Source: Diplonema japonicum (lineage: Eukaryota > Protista > Euglenozoa: Diplonemea). From it: a DNA stretch of 64,000 bases. The stretch covers positions 496,001-560,000 of the forward strand of contig OZ025650.1 in assembly GCA_964019335.1 (NCBI GenBank), in the 5' to 3' direction. Numbering within the stretch: the stretch's first letter is position 1; each line of letters starts with the position of its first letter. Of the stretch, positions 8,132 through 20,785 are shown piece after piece. The notes below the pieces were generated by a model, which was not told where the DNA came from, searched no databases, and worked only from the letters and a program-made list of their open reading frames with translations. The position numbers and the translations under genes are program-made.

Positions 8132-9401
8132 TAAAAAAAAAAGTTGTAGGTTTCAGTTTGCATTTGGGGATTTGGGAAACCATCTCTAGATTTTTTTCTT
8201 CTTTTTTTTTTCTTTTGCCTAGAGAAGGCACGGGTCTTCGCACATTTATTACTTCTTTATTTTTTTCTCGAGTCAAGAAATAGGTTCTTGCTACTTTTTT
8301 TTCTTTTTCTTTCCCCCCCCCCTCGTATTGGTTCTGGAAAAGAAAAACTACGGGAAATTCATCTGCAGCTGTTCTCACCTTTTTTTTCTTCTTCTTTTAT
8401 GTGTTTCACATTTGAAAAATACGGTAAAAGGGAGGGGAAAAATAAGGGGGAAGGGAGGAGATATATTATGCACTGTCCTACCCTATTTTTCTGCGCTTGT
8501 TAAAGACAAAGAGAGAGGCCACGTAGAAGTTTTCGGAATCTGCAGAACTCAATCAACAACTGCAATCCCCACAAACAGCATTTCCTTTTTTTTTTATCAA
8601 TGAAGGGAAGTCAAGGAAGGGAAAAAACTTGCGAAATTTAAAAAAGGGTGTCTCTCTTCTTCCCCCCCCCCCAAAAAAAAGGCACATATTAACTGCAAGG
8701 GAACATCACCCCCCCCTAACCCGACATCTGAGGCACATTATAAGCACGAAAAAGACGAAAAGTAGAAGGAAGGGGGGGAGATTGCAGCACATTGGGGGAA
8801 TAATGTGAAATAAGTCGATTGGGGGCCTTCCCGAAGCATTTTTTCAGCTTTTGTTTTTGTGAGCATATTTAACCCCCCCCCTTCTTTTTACAGGAACACT
8901 GGCTATCCATACAAAGCATTTCCAGCGGGTGTGAACGGCTTAATGAAAAAATAGAAAAGAAACACCAAAAAAAAACCCCACATAACCCATAAGAATGAAA
9001 AAAAAAGAACCTCTTTTTTTTTGGAAAAAAAGAAAAGAAGAATGGGAAAAAGGGGAAGGAAGATGACAATTTCAATTCTGTGTCCATCACATCACATGGA
9101 ATAACTCTAGAGGGGGTATAAAAGTGTTGACTCGGTTGGTCCTTTCAACAAACACCTAGAAATTGGGTGTGAACGGGAAGAAGAAAAAAAAAGGGGGGCT
9201 TTTTGTGTCGGTAAACGGGTACGGGAGAAAAAGAAATTAAAAAAAAGAAAAAGTAAAAGCAGCACAAAAAAAAAAAAGACAACGGCCCTCCCCTGCTGCC
9301 ACTCCCCTTAAAAAAAGGCTCTCCCTTTTTCTTCTGTTCGGATGTGAGGAAGCAAAACAATAATGAATAAAAAGAATGGGTGTCTTCCTTCCTCCTTTGA
9401 G

Positions 9402-12312
9402 TTATAGAGGGCACCCTGCTTTTAAACAGCTGCCTTCGCCTGTGCCCCCCGACCAGGGGAGGATGCCTCTATTGGAGCACTCGCAAGGACAGTTATTGGA
9501 GGTGCCCGGGAAGCTGAAGTGGTCATATGCTTTGAGGGAGGATGTGATGATGTAGATGAACCAAAGGCTAGCAAGGAAAACGGCTACGGGTTTGCGTAAG
9601 GGGCCGCCAAGCTCGCCGCCCTGGTACCCGCGTAGCACAAAGAGCAGCAAGATGCAGACCACGGCACAGATTGTGAAGATGGTCACAGAGAAGCCCAAAG
9701 CACCGGAAGGCACAATGTAGCATTCCCCTTTTGACTCGTAGTAGATCGAGGCTATGATCCATGGCAGCCCTAGTCCAAGGAACACGTTTACTGAGTTGCT
9801 GCCTGTAACGTTCCCAATTGCTGCGTCCACGTAGTCCTCGTTCTCTGCCGCCTGCTTCGACGCAAAGGTGTCGGGCAGCGACGTCCCCAGCGCCACGAAG
9901 GTGATGGCCGTGACGCTGTCCTTCAACTCCATCACACATCCCAGCAAACCTGCTATCTCCGCTACCATTGCCGTCACCATACCGATGAAGGCCAGTGACA
10001 CTCCAAAGCACGCCCACCCACCGCAGATGGCTGTCGGCGGCACGCATGCAAACAGCACCTTCCAGAAGAATGTCAGTGCGTGCATCACATACTCGAACGT
10101 TGTCGGTACCTCATCCCCGCCACCGATATTCATGGAGTCCCTGAACTGCCCGCCCCACGTGTTCGTTTTTATCTTATCATTCACACCATCGTTCCGCACC
10201 TTCTCCAACACGTTCTTCACAAGTGATGCCATCTTCGTGTCAGATGTGATGTCAACACGGCACTTCACAAGGTGCCCCAGCTTCCCGCCGGACTTACTCT
10301 CGACAGACACGAGAGTTACGAAGAAGTGCTCCGACTTCTCGTATGTAGAGGAGTCGATCAAAGGCACCTCGATCACTTTCTTAGTCTCACCAGGGCCAAA
10401 TTGCAAAGACCCCGCAGCAGCAGAGTAAGCTTCGGGTGCCGTCGCTGAATTGGAGCCTGTGCCGTCCATGGTGCGATACTGGACCAGAAGGGAGCCTGTG
10501 TGTGTGTGTGTGTGTGTGTGTGGACAGTGGTGTATACCTGTGGATCCGTTCTCTCTGATGACTTCTATTTTCACGTGGCCATCTGACTCGGGGACCACCA
10601 CTGCGGGCTGCGAGAAGCGGACCTCGCCAGGCAAGTCGTCGTCAATGATAGTGACCACAGCAAGGGGCGTCTCCCCCAGCACCTCAGTCGGGTCTGTTTC
10701 AATCTTGCACGTGAATAGCATATCCGCGTTCCTGACGTCGTTGTCAATAATGGGCACCTTGATGCTCGCCTCACCCATCTCGCCATCCTCGAAGACGATG
10801 GTCCCGTCCTTCCCAATGTAGTGCACTCCGTCCACTGCCGTCAGCTCTTGCGTGAAGTACCTTACATTGACACGCCCAGTGCTTCCCCTCGTACGTTGCA
10901 CCTTCAGCACGATCTCGCCATCGCCCTCCAAAATGGAGTACGATGATGTCAGGAACTCCACCACCCCAGGGTCCTTGTTGTTATCTGCAGTGTGGTGTTT
11001 GGCTGAACGGGAGCATACCTGACTTCTTCATCGAGTCTGACGGGGCAATCTTGTTCCCCAGCCCTGCGCCCTTTTTAACCTCGCGTATCACGTTTGACTT
11101 GGAGACGAGGTTACGGATAGCATTGATGCGGTAGTGCCCTCTGTTCAGCTTCGGCGGGTGTTGCTTGTAAAGCTCGTCGCTGAGAGACTCCTCCGTAACT
11201 AGGCCGTTGGAACTCTTCGTTGCCTTGACCAGGTCCATGACCTCGTCCTCGGTGCAGTCTACGAGCTGTGCGCTCAATATTTTCGTGTTTCTGCGATCTG
11301 GAACCTCCTCATCGGGGACAGTGTCCCCCCCCCCGGGGCGGAACCACCTCCTGTCCTGTAGGTACGCAACCGAGACGAGCAACGGGAAGAACAGGAAAGT
11401 GACGAACGCTTCCCACATCTCGATGACGTCCGGTGAGTTCCATTGCAAGACAACGAGGAGCCAGATGTAGGCGAAGACGGAGGACCCGCTGGTGATGAGG
11501 AAGACACCGAATTCTTTAATTTTTTTGACATGTTCGAGTGACCACATGCAGATGGCGGTGATGCATAAGAGATTAAAGGCAGCACTGCCGACAATGGTTG
11601 AGGGGCCGAGCTCACCGGGCACCTTGTCAAGGTTGTTGCACGTCTCAAGCACGGAGAGGAGGATTTCAGGGGCAGAGGAACCGAGTGCGAGAAGGGTGAG
11701 ATTTGCGACTGTTTCATTCCACACGGTGTACATGACGACGGCGGGCTTTTCGTCACCTTCTTCTTTTTTGAAGACGATCTTCTCACGTTCAGCTGTGATC
11801 TGCTCGATGCCGCTCATAAACACATCAGAGATAATGGCCACACCCAAGAACAGGTAAAACAGGCAAAACATGTACAAGATAATACGAACGCCGGTAGGCC
11901 ACAAATTCTCCGCAGGGAGAAGCACATAAGATGTGCAGAAGGAGTACCCCTTCTCAAAGCGTAGAATCAGATCTGCGCCCCACCCGAAGGTCCACCGCCG
12001 CTCGTCGTAGAGTGCGTTGGTGTTGTCCAACACGTCACCAGTCTCATGGTTTAGAAAGTTCGGTAAGCTGCCGTTATCGGGGTGCACCTTGAAGTTCATT
12101 TCCTTATTCGAGGTTGCTTTTGCCGGGTCGAAGGCAATCCCCACGACGCCTTCGATCAGCGTAAGCACTGTAAAGAACAACGCTATCACACTCACCCTCT
12201 TCCCGGCAGTTCTGTTTGTGGTTTGAACATTGTCATCTGCATACTTTATATAATAGCGTGTCTTCTCCTTTTCGTTCATTCTCCGTACCCGGTCCAAGCG
12301 GGGAAATTTCAT
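9402..12312 (-). CDS. NCX: Na+/Ca2+ exchanger (NCX/SLC8 family) with Calx-beta domains; introns 10985-11018 and 10496-10537
   Basis: alpha-1 LLALGSSAPE and alpha-2 FVALGTSLPD...GSNSVN motifs, two Calx-beta repeats; the intron joins restore the frame. Start codon uncertain. Confidence 0.9.
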
Positions 12313-12632
12313 TTTAGGAAAAGAATAAAAAAAAGGGGGAGGAAACAAATATCGCACGAATAGTATGTGGATGTGTGTGTGGGGGGGGGGGGGGTAGGGA
12401 GGAATGGGATGTACGAGTTTTTCTGCCCCCTCCCCCCCTCTTTTTTGTGTTTGCTCCCTCCCCGCCCAACTCCCTCCTTCCCCTGTCGTGAGATTGTTTT
12501 TTGAAGGTAAACTCTCAAAAAGAAAAGATACAAAAGCAACCAATGAAAAGGAAATAAATAAATAAATAAAGGAGAGTGAACAAAAGCCCTTTAGTTGTTT
12601 CCTTCGTTGCGCCGCCGTTTTGCTAGTACATT

Positions 12633-12910
12633 TGAAAAAAAACATCCCACTAGCGTGGGTTTCGCCCGTGGGGTGGGGAGGGGGACCCAAAAAATTGCCT
12701 AAATAACTCAAAATACCGCTGGAAACTCGAAATTCGATGTTAAGTTTCCCGATCACCGTACCCACCGCCACCGCACTGCTTGCGAGCGTGACTAGAACGT
12801 ACCCATACTGATCCGGGTACACAGGATATGCACTGATATGGAGTGAACGTTCCATATTGCCTAGGATGACAAAATAGCTACAACGGGGCGACCCAGCTTG
12901 TTATTTTTCA
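12633..12910. mobile_element. putative non-autonomous Helentron-like element
   Basis: Subterminal inverted repeats GGGT(TT)CGCCC(C)GT, terminal hairpin CCCAC/GTGGG beside an A/T run, several internal hairpins. Confidence 0.35.
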
Positions 12911-12989
12911 TCTTTTTCGTTCTTAAGTGGAAAGGGAACGAATAAAAAACAATTATTTAAGGGGGGGGGGGGCAGCGTTCATTTGATTA

Positions 12990-13153
12990 TACTATAAAGT
13001 GGAAGAAATGTCGGACGGACAAAACCTCCAGGCGTTACATAACTCGGGCATTTGTCAGTAGGGTAGGTTTTCCCAAGAGACACTGAAATATTATTGAGTA
13101 GTTCGACAGCCCAAGGCATATTTGTCAGTCAGGGATTTCTTCACTTTACAGTA
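12990..13153. mobile_element. putative MITE
   Basis: Imperfect terminal inverted repeats of about 19 nt, TACTATAAAGTGGAAGAAAT / ATTTCTTCACTTTACAGTA; no ORF. Confidence 0.5.
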
Positions 13154-13855
13154 TTTAATTCAACTCTCCCCCCCCCCCCCCCCCCCCCGTTGTGCTGGAA
13201 GTCACATGTCCTTGCACAGAAGGAAAACCCAAAGTGAATGAAGCGATCAAATACCATAATGTACAAAAAAAATAAAGGGGGAGGGGAATCTAACAATAGG
13301 GGTTGAGAAAGCATAAGGAACTCAAAACTCCCCTCCCCTCAGCAGTTCCTCTTTACATGACAGACACGCGCCTTGGGGAGAAGTTATCTTTTGGATATTG
13401 GATTTCTTTTTTTTTTTTTTTGTTTTAAAGCAGTAATGATAACAAATACCCTCTTCCCCCCCGGGCCAGAAATTAAGAAAGTGGGAAGGGGCGTAGGGGC
13501 GGGATGTTCTTTCCCTTCTTTGCTTTTTTCTTTTTTCTTTTGACAACAGGAGAGGAGAGGTAAGAGGAAGGGAAAGGAGAAGAAGGGGGGAAAAGAAGTC
13601 AGACAACAAAATCCATTTGGTACCATGTTATGAAGAAGGCCACATTGTCTGTGAGCAAGTATAATAGAACGAAAAAAAAAACCAGCCAAAGAAGAAAAAG
13701 TTGGTTTTACTTTTTATTTCATCTCTTTTTTTTTTGTTTCCCTCTTCCCCTTTCTCATTGTGATGTACTTTACACATACCATAAAAAATAAGAACAAAGA
13801 AAAATAAGAAAACTATTTAAAATAAGTTGAAGAGAAGACCCCACCCTCATCACCC

Positions 13856-14362
13856 TCACCTCTTGGCCTTCTCCTCTTTGGAGACGTTTGAGTAGTGCCT
13901 GCTGTATATCCGTATAAACTGCAACTGTTCCTCTTGTGATGGTGCAGAGGCAGGAGGCGACGGTGGGGTGCGTTTCACCATTTGTCTTGGGAGCTGCTTA
14001 ATGGGGTCGGCCCGTTGCTTTAAAATATTCGCAGTTGACTTTGGAGGAGGTATAGTAGCCAAAGGTATAGGGGTAGGGGTAGGGGCAAGTGGCGGGGTGG
14101 CTGGAGCCGTGGCCGGTGTTTCTTGCTTCCTGTTTTGAATGCCTCGCCTCCGCTTTCCCAACCACTGCAAAAACCCAAGCTTCAGAGATGGCATCACTCT
14201 TTCCCAACACAACACCAAAACCAGCACCATCATCATGGCAGTGGCTTGCATCCGCCGTTCACCCTCCTTCCATCCCAACAGCTGCTTTGCAAACTGCCAC
14301 ACACTCACTACCCTTGCTTCTCGATTACCCGGCGGCCCTGCAGGCCCCCACACCGATCCCAT
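13856..14362 (-). CDS. hypothetical protein (Pro-rich, possible TM)
   Basis: Open frame with coding-like composition between homopolymer-rich spacers; no recognisable domain. Confidence 0.3.
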   Translation of the reverse strand: MGSVWGPAGPPGNREARVVSVWQFAKQLLGWKEGERRMQATAMMMVLVLVLCWERVMPSLKLGFLQWLGKRRRGIQNRKQETPATAPATPPLAPTPTPIPLATIPPPKSTANILKQRADPIKQLPRQMVKRTPPSPPASAPSQEEQLQFIRIYSRHYSNVSKEEKAKR

Positions 14363-14513
14363 TGGAATCCTAATTAGGTTAAAAAGGGCCTGTTTTAACG
14401 TTGAAACCAACACTCAGTAATAAAAGAGGGGGAAATGGTATAAACTGTTTTCTTTCTTTTTTTTTTTTTTTTTTTTTTTTTTGTACAGGGCTGGACTTGT
14501 TGAAGGAGAGCGT

Positions 14514-16098
14514 CTACCTTTTCCTACTTTGCAGTGGTGGGAGAGTGGATGCCTTGGTCGACGTCTTTGGTGCAGGCTTTCGCCTGGCTGGGGAAATGCC
14601 CGAGGACTTCCTCCTTGATGGGGGCACGGGGTCCTTTGCGGCTGTTTCTCGGTACGCTTTGTTCCGTGTTGCCTGCGCATATATTTTCTTCTGCAGCGGC
14701 TCACTGACGTGTGTGTCGGAAAGGTTCACGGTGGTGATCTTTCTCCGTGCCTGCATCATGGCAAGGAGCGCCCGCCCAGCAGGGCTCGTGAGTGGGTTGT
14801 TACCAAAATCGATACTGTGGATCTGCGAACAGGACACAGGGTCCTGCAACACTTTGCACAACTTGACGCACTGCTCAGTCTCGATGAGTGAGTTTTGCAA
14901 CTTCAGTACGTGCAACGTTGGGTGCTTGTTGATGACACTGATAAGGGCATCGAAGCCTTTGGGACCCAGGTACGTGTTGGACAGGTCAAGCTCATGCAGC
15001 GGCTCTGTTGCCGATTCGAACTGGTCGAGCAGGCTGCTGTTCTGTGGTGTGTTGCTCTTTTTTTCTCTTTTTCTTTGTGCATACCTTTTTCGCACCTCTC
15101 TTTTCACACGCATCGTTATACAGCATCTTGAAGGCTGCCTCCACACCGTATACTGCGCCCTTGATTTTCGATCGCCCGTTGAACGTCTTCATCTCCTCGA
15201 TCGACGAGGCGAGATGGTCATCCCGCACACCCTGCGCTTCAAACCACGGGTGCTCGAGTGCCTGCTGTGCTGTGTACCTTTGGTTCACATCCACCACCAA
15301 GAGCTTCGAGACGAAGTCCCGAGCTTCCGGCGAAATCTTGTCCCACGCTGTCCCTTTGTCGAAAGCGAACTTCCCTTTTACTATCAGTTTGAAGAGCTTC
15401 GATTTGGCATCTGTCGCGTCTCTTGGCACCCTGAAAGGAGGGTATCCACACAACAGCACGTAGCAAATCACACCAGTGCTCCACATGTCACACGGTGGCG
15501 GCACGTAGTGCGGCTTCGTCTTGAACACACCTGCCTGGAGCAGCTCTGGGGCGATGTAGTACGGCGTACCGCACGCCTGCAGCATGGGATTTGCACCCTT
15601 GAACTGCGTCGCGAACCCAAAATCAGCTAACTTAATGGTTGTGACTTCTTTGTTTTTGCTGACTATGTCTTCAGTAGACTCCTTTAGAAGAAGGTTGTCA
15701 GGCTTCAAGTCTCTGTGCACCACACCTGTTGAGTGCATATACGCAAGTACTTTCAGGAAGTTTCTCATCAACTCACAAGCTGTCTTCTCGCTGTAGTGTT
15801 GCAGTTGTGTGATCCGTTTGAAGAGCTCGCCACCGTTGATGATCTCCATCACCAGGCAGATCACTTCGTCGTCCTCGATAACCTCCTTCAGCTTTACGAT
15901 GTTTGGGTGGTCCAGCTCCTTCAAAATACCCGCCTCACCTTTAACCTGTTTCATCCCTTTCGGTCCTAGCCTCTCCTTGCTCATCAGTTTCGCTGCGTAT
16001 TCTTCCTTTGTGCCTATCTCCACCACCTTATACACAGTAGCGTAGGCCCCCTTTCCTAGCTGCTCGTAAACATCGTACCGCGAACGCAGCACATCCAT
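14514..16098 (-). CDS. CAMK-group Ser/Thr kinase with C-terminal LRR domain (intron 15042-15084; 513 aa)
   Basis: GKGAYATV, HRDLKPDN, DFG and APE motifs. Removing the 43-nt intron joins AKK|NSSLL into the LRR (ELDLSNTYLGPKG). Confidence 0.9.
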
Positions 16099-16330
16099 CG
16101 TGTGTAGTCTGCAGTGCGTGAGAAGGGGAACATGTAAAAGAAAGAGAAATAGCTTGACGTGGCGAATGACGCGATGCAAGCAAAACAAAAGGAAATCACG
16201 TGGGCTCGTGTAGGGGAAGTGGAGGACATCGCATTATTACAAACAATGCAACAGCACACTACCAGACACGGGTTCTAATAGGTGCGACCATTGGGAAACA
16301 TTCACACTGGTACTACAGGAGTATTTACAC

Positions 16331-17762
16331 CTAAAACTGCTGTCCAGAAACCAGCCTAGTAATGAAGGCGAGGGCCTGCGTGTTGTGTTTGCGTTGTTAT
16401 GTATGACGATACCTTGATGGGGGCGGTCTCAGGGACTTCGTGGCGTCCACCTCTGATCGTGACAAAGGTGAAGTTGTTGTTGGCGTAACGGGTGGCGTAC
16501 CCACCGACCTGGTTCGAGCCGTCGTCGTCGGACTTGTAGGACCACACGTGCCACGGGTCGGCAACAGGGTACCCCATGCTCTCAGTCCAGGCCTCGTTGT
16601 CGGTGTAGGGGACACACGCGTCCCAGTCACCGTTGTAGATGACAACCCTCATCTTCTGAACAAGAAGAGGGTAAGTGTCGCGGGGAAGGTTGGGGCGGTT
16701 GGAGTTGTAGCTCCAGCCCTTAGCCGTTGCGCAGGTGGCCCACTTGAAGTCGATAGGCTTCACGTGCGTGGCGGCAGGGATGGAGGCCTGGTTGAAGTAG
16801 GCAGACGCCTTCCTGGAGTCAATGCATGCGTCGGGGCCACCGAGCTTTCCGTAGAACTCAGACTTACCAATAGGTGCCTTGTACATGCCTCTGTTGTGCT
16901 CGTCGAGCTCGGCATCGCCGTTGATGCACTCGCCGTACACGTTGTACAAGTCGATGTTGCCGATCATGGTGTGCATCTCTGCCATCAGTTCCCTGCAGTT
17001 GGCGGTCACAGGTTTCGAGAAGTCACAGGCGGCGTGGATCTGCTTCTTCAAAGAGTTAGGCATGAAGGCCATCTGGGTGAGGTACTCAGTGTCGTAGATG
17101 TCACGCTGACCGCCGCACACACCGAGCTCGCTACCAGTGCACCCGTTGCCGACACCGATACCATTGAGCTTAGCGCCCTTGTAGGTGCCGTTGCTTGCGG
17201 CCCAGGTAATAGCCTCCGCGAGGGTGGGCACGTACACTCCACCGTAGGACTCACCGGTGATGAAGAAGGGGTGGCTCACAAGCTCAGGGTACAGCTCAAA
17301 GAATTTCTCGACAGCGTGGAGGTTGTCCTGCGAACAGATGTCGTCGTTCTGCTTGTAGTCTACCGCGGGGTCGTCCGAGTAGCTGAACCCCACACCGACG
17401 GGGGCTTCGATGTAGATCATGTTGGCCACCTTGGCCCACGAGTTTGGGTTGGGCACAAGCTTGGTGGGGTCAGACGGGTTGCCCCTGAAAGGCCCGTGCT
17501 CGTAGTACCACCCATCCAAGGAGGAGCACCCCGGACCACCATTCATCCACAGCACGGTGGGAGTGTTCTTGGCAGCGGGGTCCCTGCCGGTACTCTCAAC
17601 GTACCAGTAGTGGATGTGCTTCCTGTTGTTGGGTCCGAAAGACAGGTATCCGGAGTACTGCTTCGAGGGAAGTGCACCAGTCCACCCAGGGAGGTTGGTG
17701 ATCTCATCCGCGGGCACGGCACTCAAGGAGGCCGCAACCAAGCCAGTGATTAACATAGACAT
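16331..17762 (-). CDS. serine carboxypeptidase S10 (cathepsin A-like); intron 16376-16412
   Basis: Signal peptide; WMNGGPGCSS, GESYGG, GDWDACVP and GGRHEVP motifs. Confidence 0.93.
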
Positions 17763-17854
17763 TTTCCTGCGATGCAATGAAATGACGGGATAGAGGCTAC
17801 ACAATTAACATTAACAATCTAAATAGTACTTCTAACGGTCTATGTAAGTTGGGT

Positions 17855-19709
17855 CTATTCGAGCGAACGCTTTGCGACACCCACCTTCGTGGAATTTACT
17901 CTTTTCGCAAAGCGGAGCGACTTGATGGTTTCTTCGACATGCTCTTTGAAGGGGCTGTATGGGGTGTGCTTGGTTTGTAAGTAAATACCTGGTGTTCACA
18001 AGCATGAGACACTTACTAGACCCGCCAAGGGAGTTCTTGAGGAGCCTAGTGAGGATGCAGTTTCTGAAGGGAACATGACCGCCTGTTCCTAGTGAGTGAA
18101 TGACGTCGCCAAGGTGTGTCAACGATATGTTGATGGCAACGGCCTCCTTGAAGCGCTGTCCTTGTACTTCGCTCTGTGTCACCTTCTCAGAGCCAGCGAG
18201 GTCGATCAAGTTGAGGACGCCATTGAGTGTGACACCGGTGACAGGGTCCGAAGTTTTGATCTTCAACATGAACACCGAGTGTGACCTGCTGCTCTGGTCA
18301 TTCATCTTCGTCGATGCACACGCCCTGTTCGACTGCGCAGTGCTCAGCAGCTCCCCCACCGTCGCCTGGTTGTCGACTTGGAACTCGCTAAGTCCTTCAA
18401 CCTGCACCTCAGTGTCACTCCCACACAGCTTCAGAGGCTCATTCGTCTTCTTCCCCAACAAGTCTCTGATCTGGTCGTTGTAAATCTCTAAGAACGAGCA
18501 ACTCAGTGAGCACGTGAAGCCCCTTTCATGTGTCAGCTTGGTGACCTTCTGGAAGATCATGTTAACAGCACGCGGTATGACCCCCTTGTTGTCTGCAGGG
18601 CCCTCCATTGTGTACGTCTTCCCGCTGCCCGTCTGGCCGTAAGCAAAGATACACACCTTGAACCCGTCAAGGCAGGACTGCACGAGCGGCTCCACCTGGT
18701 TGAATACCCCCTCTTGCGTCACAGAAGGATGGAACACATGGTCGTACCTGAAAGTGTAGTCCTCTGCCTTTGTGTTCCCAGTTGCGAGACCCGCCCTTTC
18801 CTTGCCCTTCATAGACAGCACTCGGTTGTTCTCAATGTCGAACTCAACAACATCCCTGTCGCTATTCAGCGGTGCTCTTATCCTGCAGAATACACGAATG
18901 TTGCCCTTTAGTTCCTCGATCTTGTTGTGGAGCTTCCTTCTCCCATCCTCGTGCAGGTTCAGGGCACGCTTCCCTTCCTCGATTTCCGTCTTTGCGTTCT
19001 CGTTTTTCGCGTCGAGATCATCAGCCATTTTGAGGAAGTGCTGGATCTGTCCCTCCACTTGCTGGATCTCTGTGGCGATCACCCTGTTCTTGGTCATGGC
19101 TTGGGTGTGCTTCTCTTTTGCTTCAAGCGTCATCACTTGACACTCGTCTTTCTCTTTCATGTACTTCTCGTGAGTTTCCTGCTCGGCTACTGCTAGCTTG
19201 TCAAAGTCATGTGTTGTGTTTACCATGTGTTCCACTTGTGCATTTGCCGTCAAGAGCAGATACTCTCTCCCACAAAGCTTTTCGATGGCTTCTCTGTTAA
19301 TGGTCTCTTGTTCGGAGCAGAGCTGGGAAATCACGCCTTCTACCAACTGCAACTGCTTGAGTTTCTCACCTTCCACCTCTTCTGCTTCCCTCCGTCGTTT
19401 CTCATCTCTGATAACGATTTCCTTGGCAGCCGTGGCTGAACCAGTCATCTCAGTTTGCATGTACTCTTTTTCTACCGACTTCAAATCTTCCTTCATGCTC
19501 TGTGTTTCAGTTTTTCTCTTCTCGCAGGCAGCCTCGTAACTCCTGATAGGCACGCTTCTGTACCTAATTTTCGGGTCCTGCTCGGTGCTAGGTGCTGGTG
19601 TGCTGGTGAGCTGAGCCTCCTCGGCACTCCTCTTGACACCCGCTATCCTGGTTGTGGAGAGGGGGGGCTTCCTGGGCGTAGGGCGCGTCCTTGTCGACAT
19701 GCTAGGCAT
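17855..19709 (-). CDS. kinesin-14 (C-terminal motor, Kar3/Ncd/KIFC-like); intron 17955-17988
   Basis: Coiled coil followed by ELKGNIRVFCR, GQTGSGKT, SSRSH and DLAGSE. Splicing restores VNTSP...ETIKSLRFA. Confidence 0.93.
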
Positions 19710-19789
19710 TTTTATCCTGTTGGAGTTAATACTTGTGTACAAGGCTAATTTGATTAAAAGAAAATGATCATGAGGCTAAGACCTAGCTT

Positions 19790-20112
19790 CTACTTGTCCT
19801 GGAGCTCACGGAGACGGCGGATGGTGGACTTAACAGTCGAGCTGTTCACGGTGTGCAGCGACCAAGCACCACCAGCGAAGGTGATCTTGCAGGGCCCATT
19901 GCAGTGCCAGATACCAACGGCCTTCCTCTTGATGGAGAACTTACCACACTGGGCGCAGAAATGCTTGGAGTGCTGCGAGATCTCAATCTTCTTCACACGC
20001 TTCCTCAGGTTAGCACCGTACCTGTGGTGTGTTATTTCTCTCTTATTTCTTTGATTGCATACCTGGTACCGAACTTACCGGTGATTCCGACCTTAACAGT
20101 GCGCTTACCCAT
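19790..20112 (-). CDS. RPL37A: 60S ribosomal protein eL43 (L37a); intron 20022-20062
   Basis: [17 protein letters not shown]|[13 protein letters not shown]...CAQCGK...GIWHC...GGAW. Confidence 0.95.
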
Positions 20113-20242
20113 TTTTGTAGTGTGTTTTTGCTTTCAATCTGTAATGTTGATGTGATCAGAAGAACAAGAGCGAAAAAGATAAAAAAAATAATAATAACTC
20201 TTTACTCTCCTTTAATTAAGTAACGTGTAACAAGTAATGCGA

Positions 20243-20721
20243 TCACTGGTTGACAGAGCCAAACTTCCCGAGTTCCGTGTGGTCGTTGGTGATGATCGTT
20301 TCGCAGAGGCGTGTGGTTTCTTCCTTGCTGCAGCCGATGCTGCGGAGGTTCTTGTACTGTTGAAGCTGTGAAGAATTTATAGCTGCGCAGGACCACATAC
20401 CGTACAGAACATCTTCTCGTTGCAGTTGTTCAGTGTTTTGCACTTCTTCATGCTCGCCACGGCACGCGGCGTGATGCTCTTGCAGAGGTGTTCGCGGTCA
20501 TGGTCCGGTAGTTCATCCGGGCCGTTCTCATTGAGCCATACCAGAGTCGCCATTGCCTCTGCCGACAACCCTGACTCCTTCACAATGCATAAGTTAGCGG
20601 CCTGCTCAGCACCCTTATTCGGGCACACCTCAGGATCGAACTCTAAGAACTCATCGTCGTCTTTCAGCTCAAACGCCGCAAACGAGACTGCAAAAAGCAC
20701 TGCTGCCACAAACATGCCCAT
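20243..20721 (-). CDS. small secreted Cys-rich protein; intron 20366-20400
   Basis: Signal peptide and spaced cysteines; a 35-nt GTATG..CAG intron joins two ORFs in frame. Confidence 0.7.
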
Positions 20722-20785
20722 CTTTGTTGTAACCTTATGATGCAGTAAGGAGGCGGGGCGTGTCGTTGTCTTAATGTCTATATCA

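Noticed and set aside
8140-9400. Numerous short Phe/Lys-rich ORFs
   Set aside because: Products of poly-A/T tracts in intergenic DNA.
12313-12855. 181-aa N-terminal extension of the NCX ORF
   Set aside because: Crosses homopolymer runs and a putative transposon; low-complexity translation.
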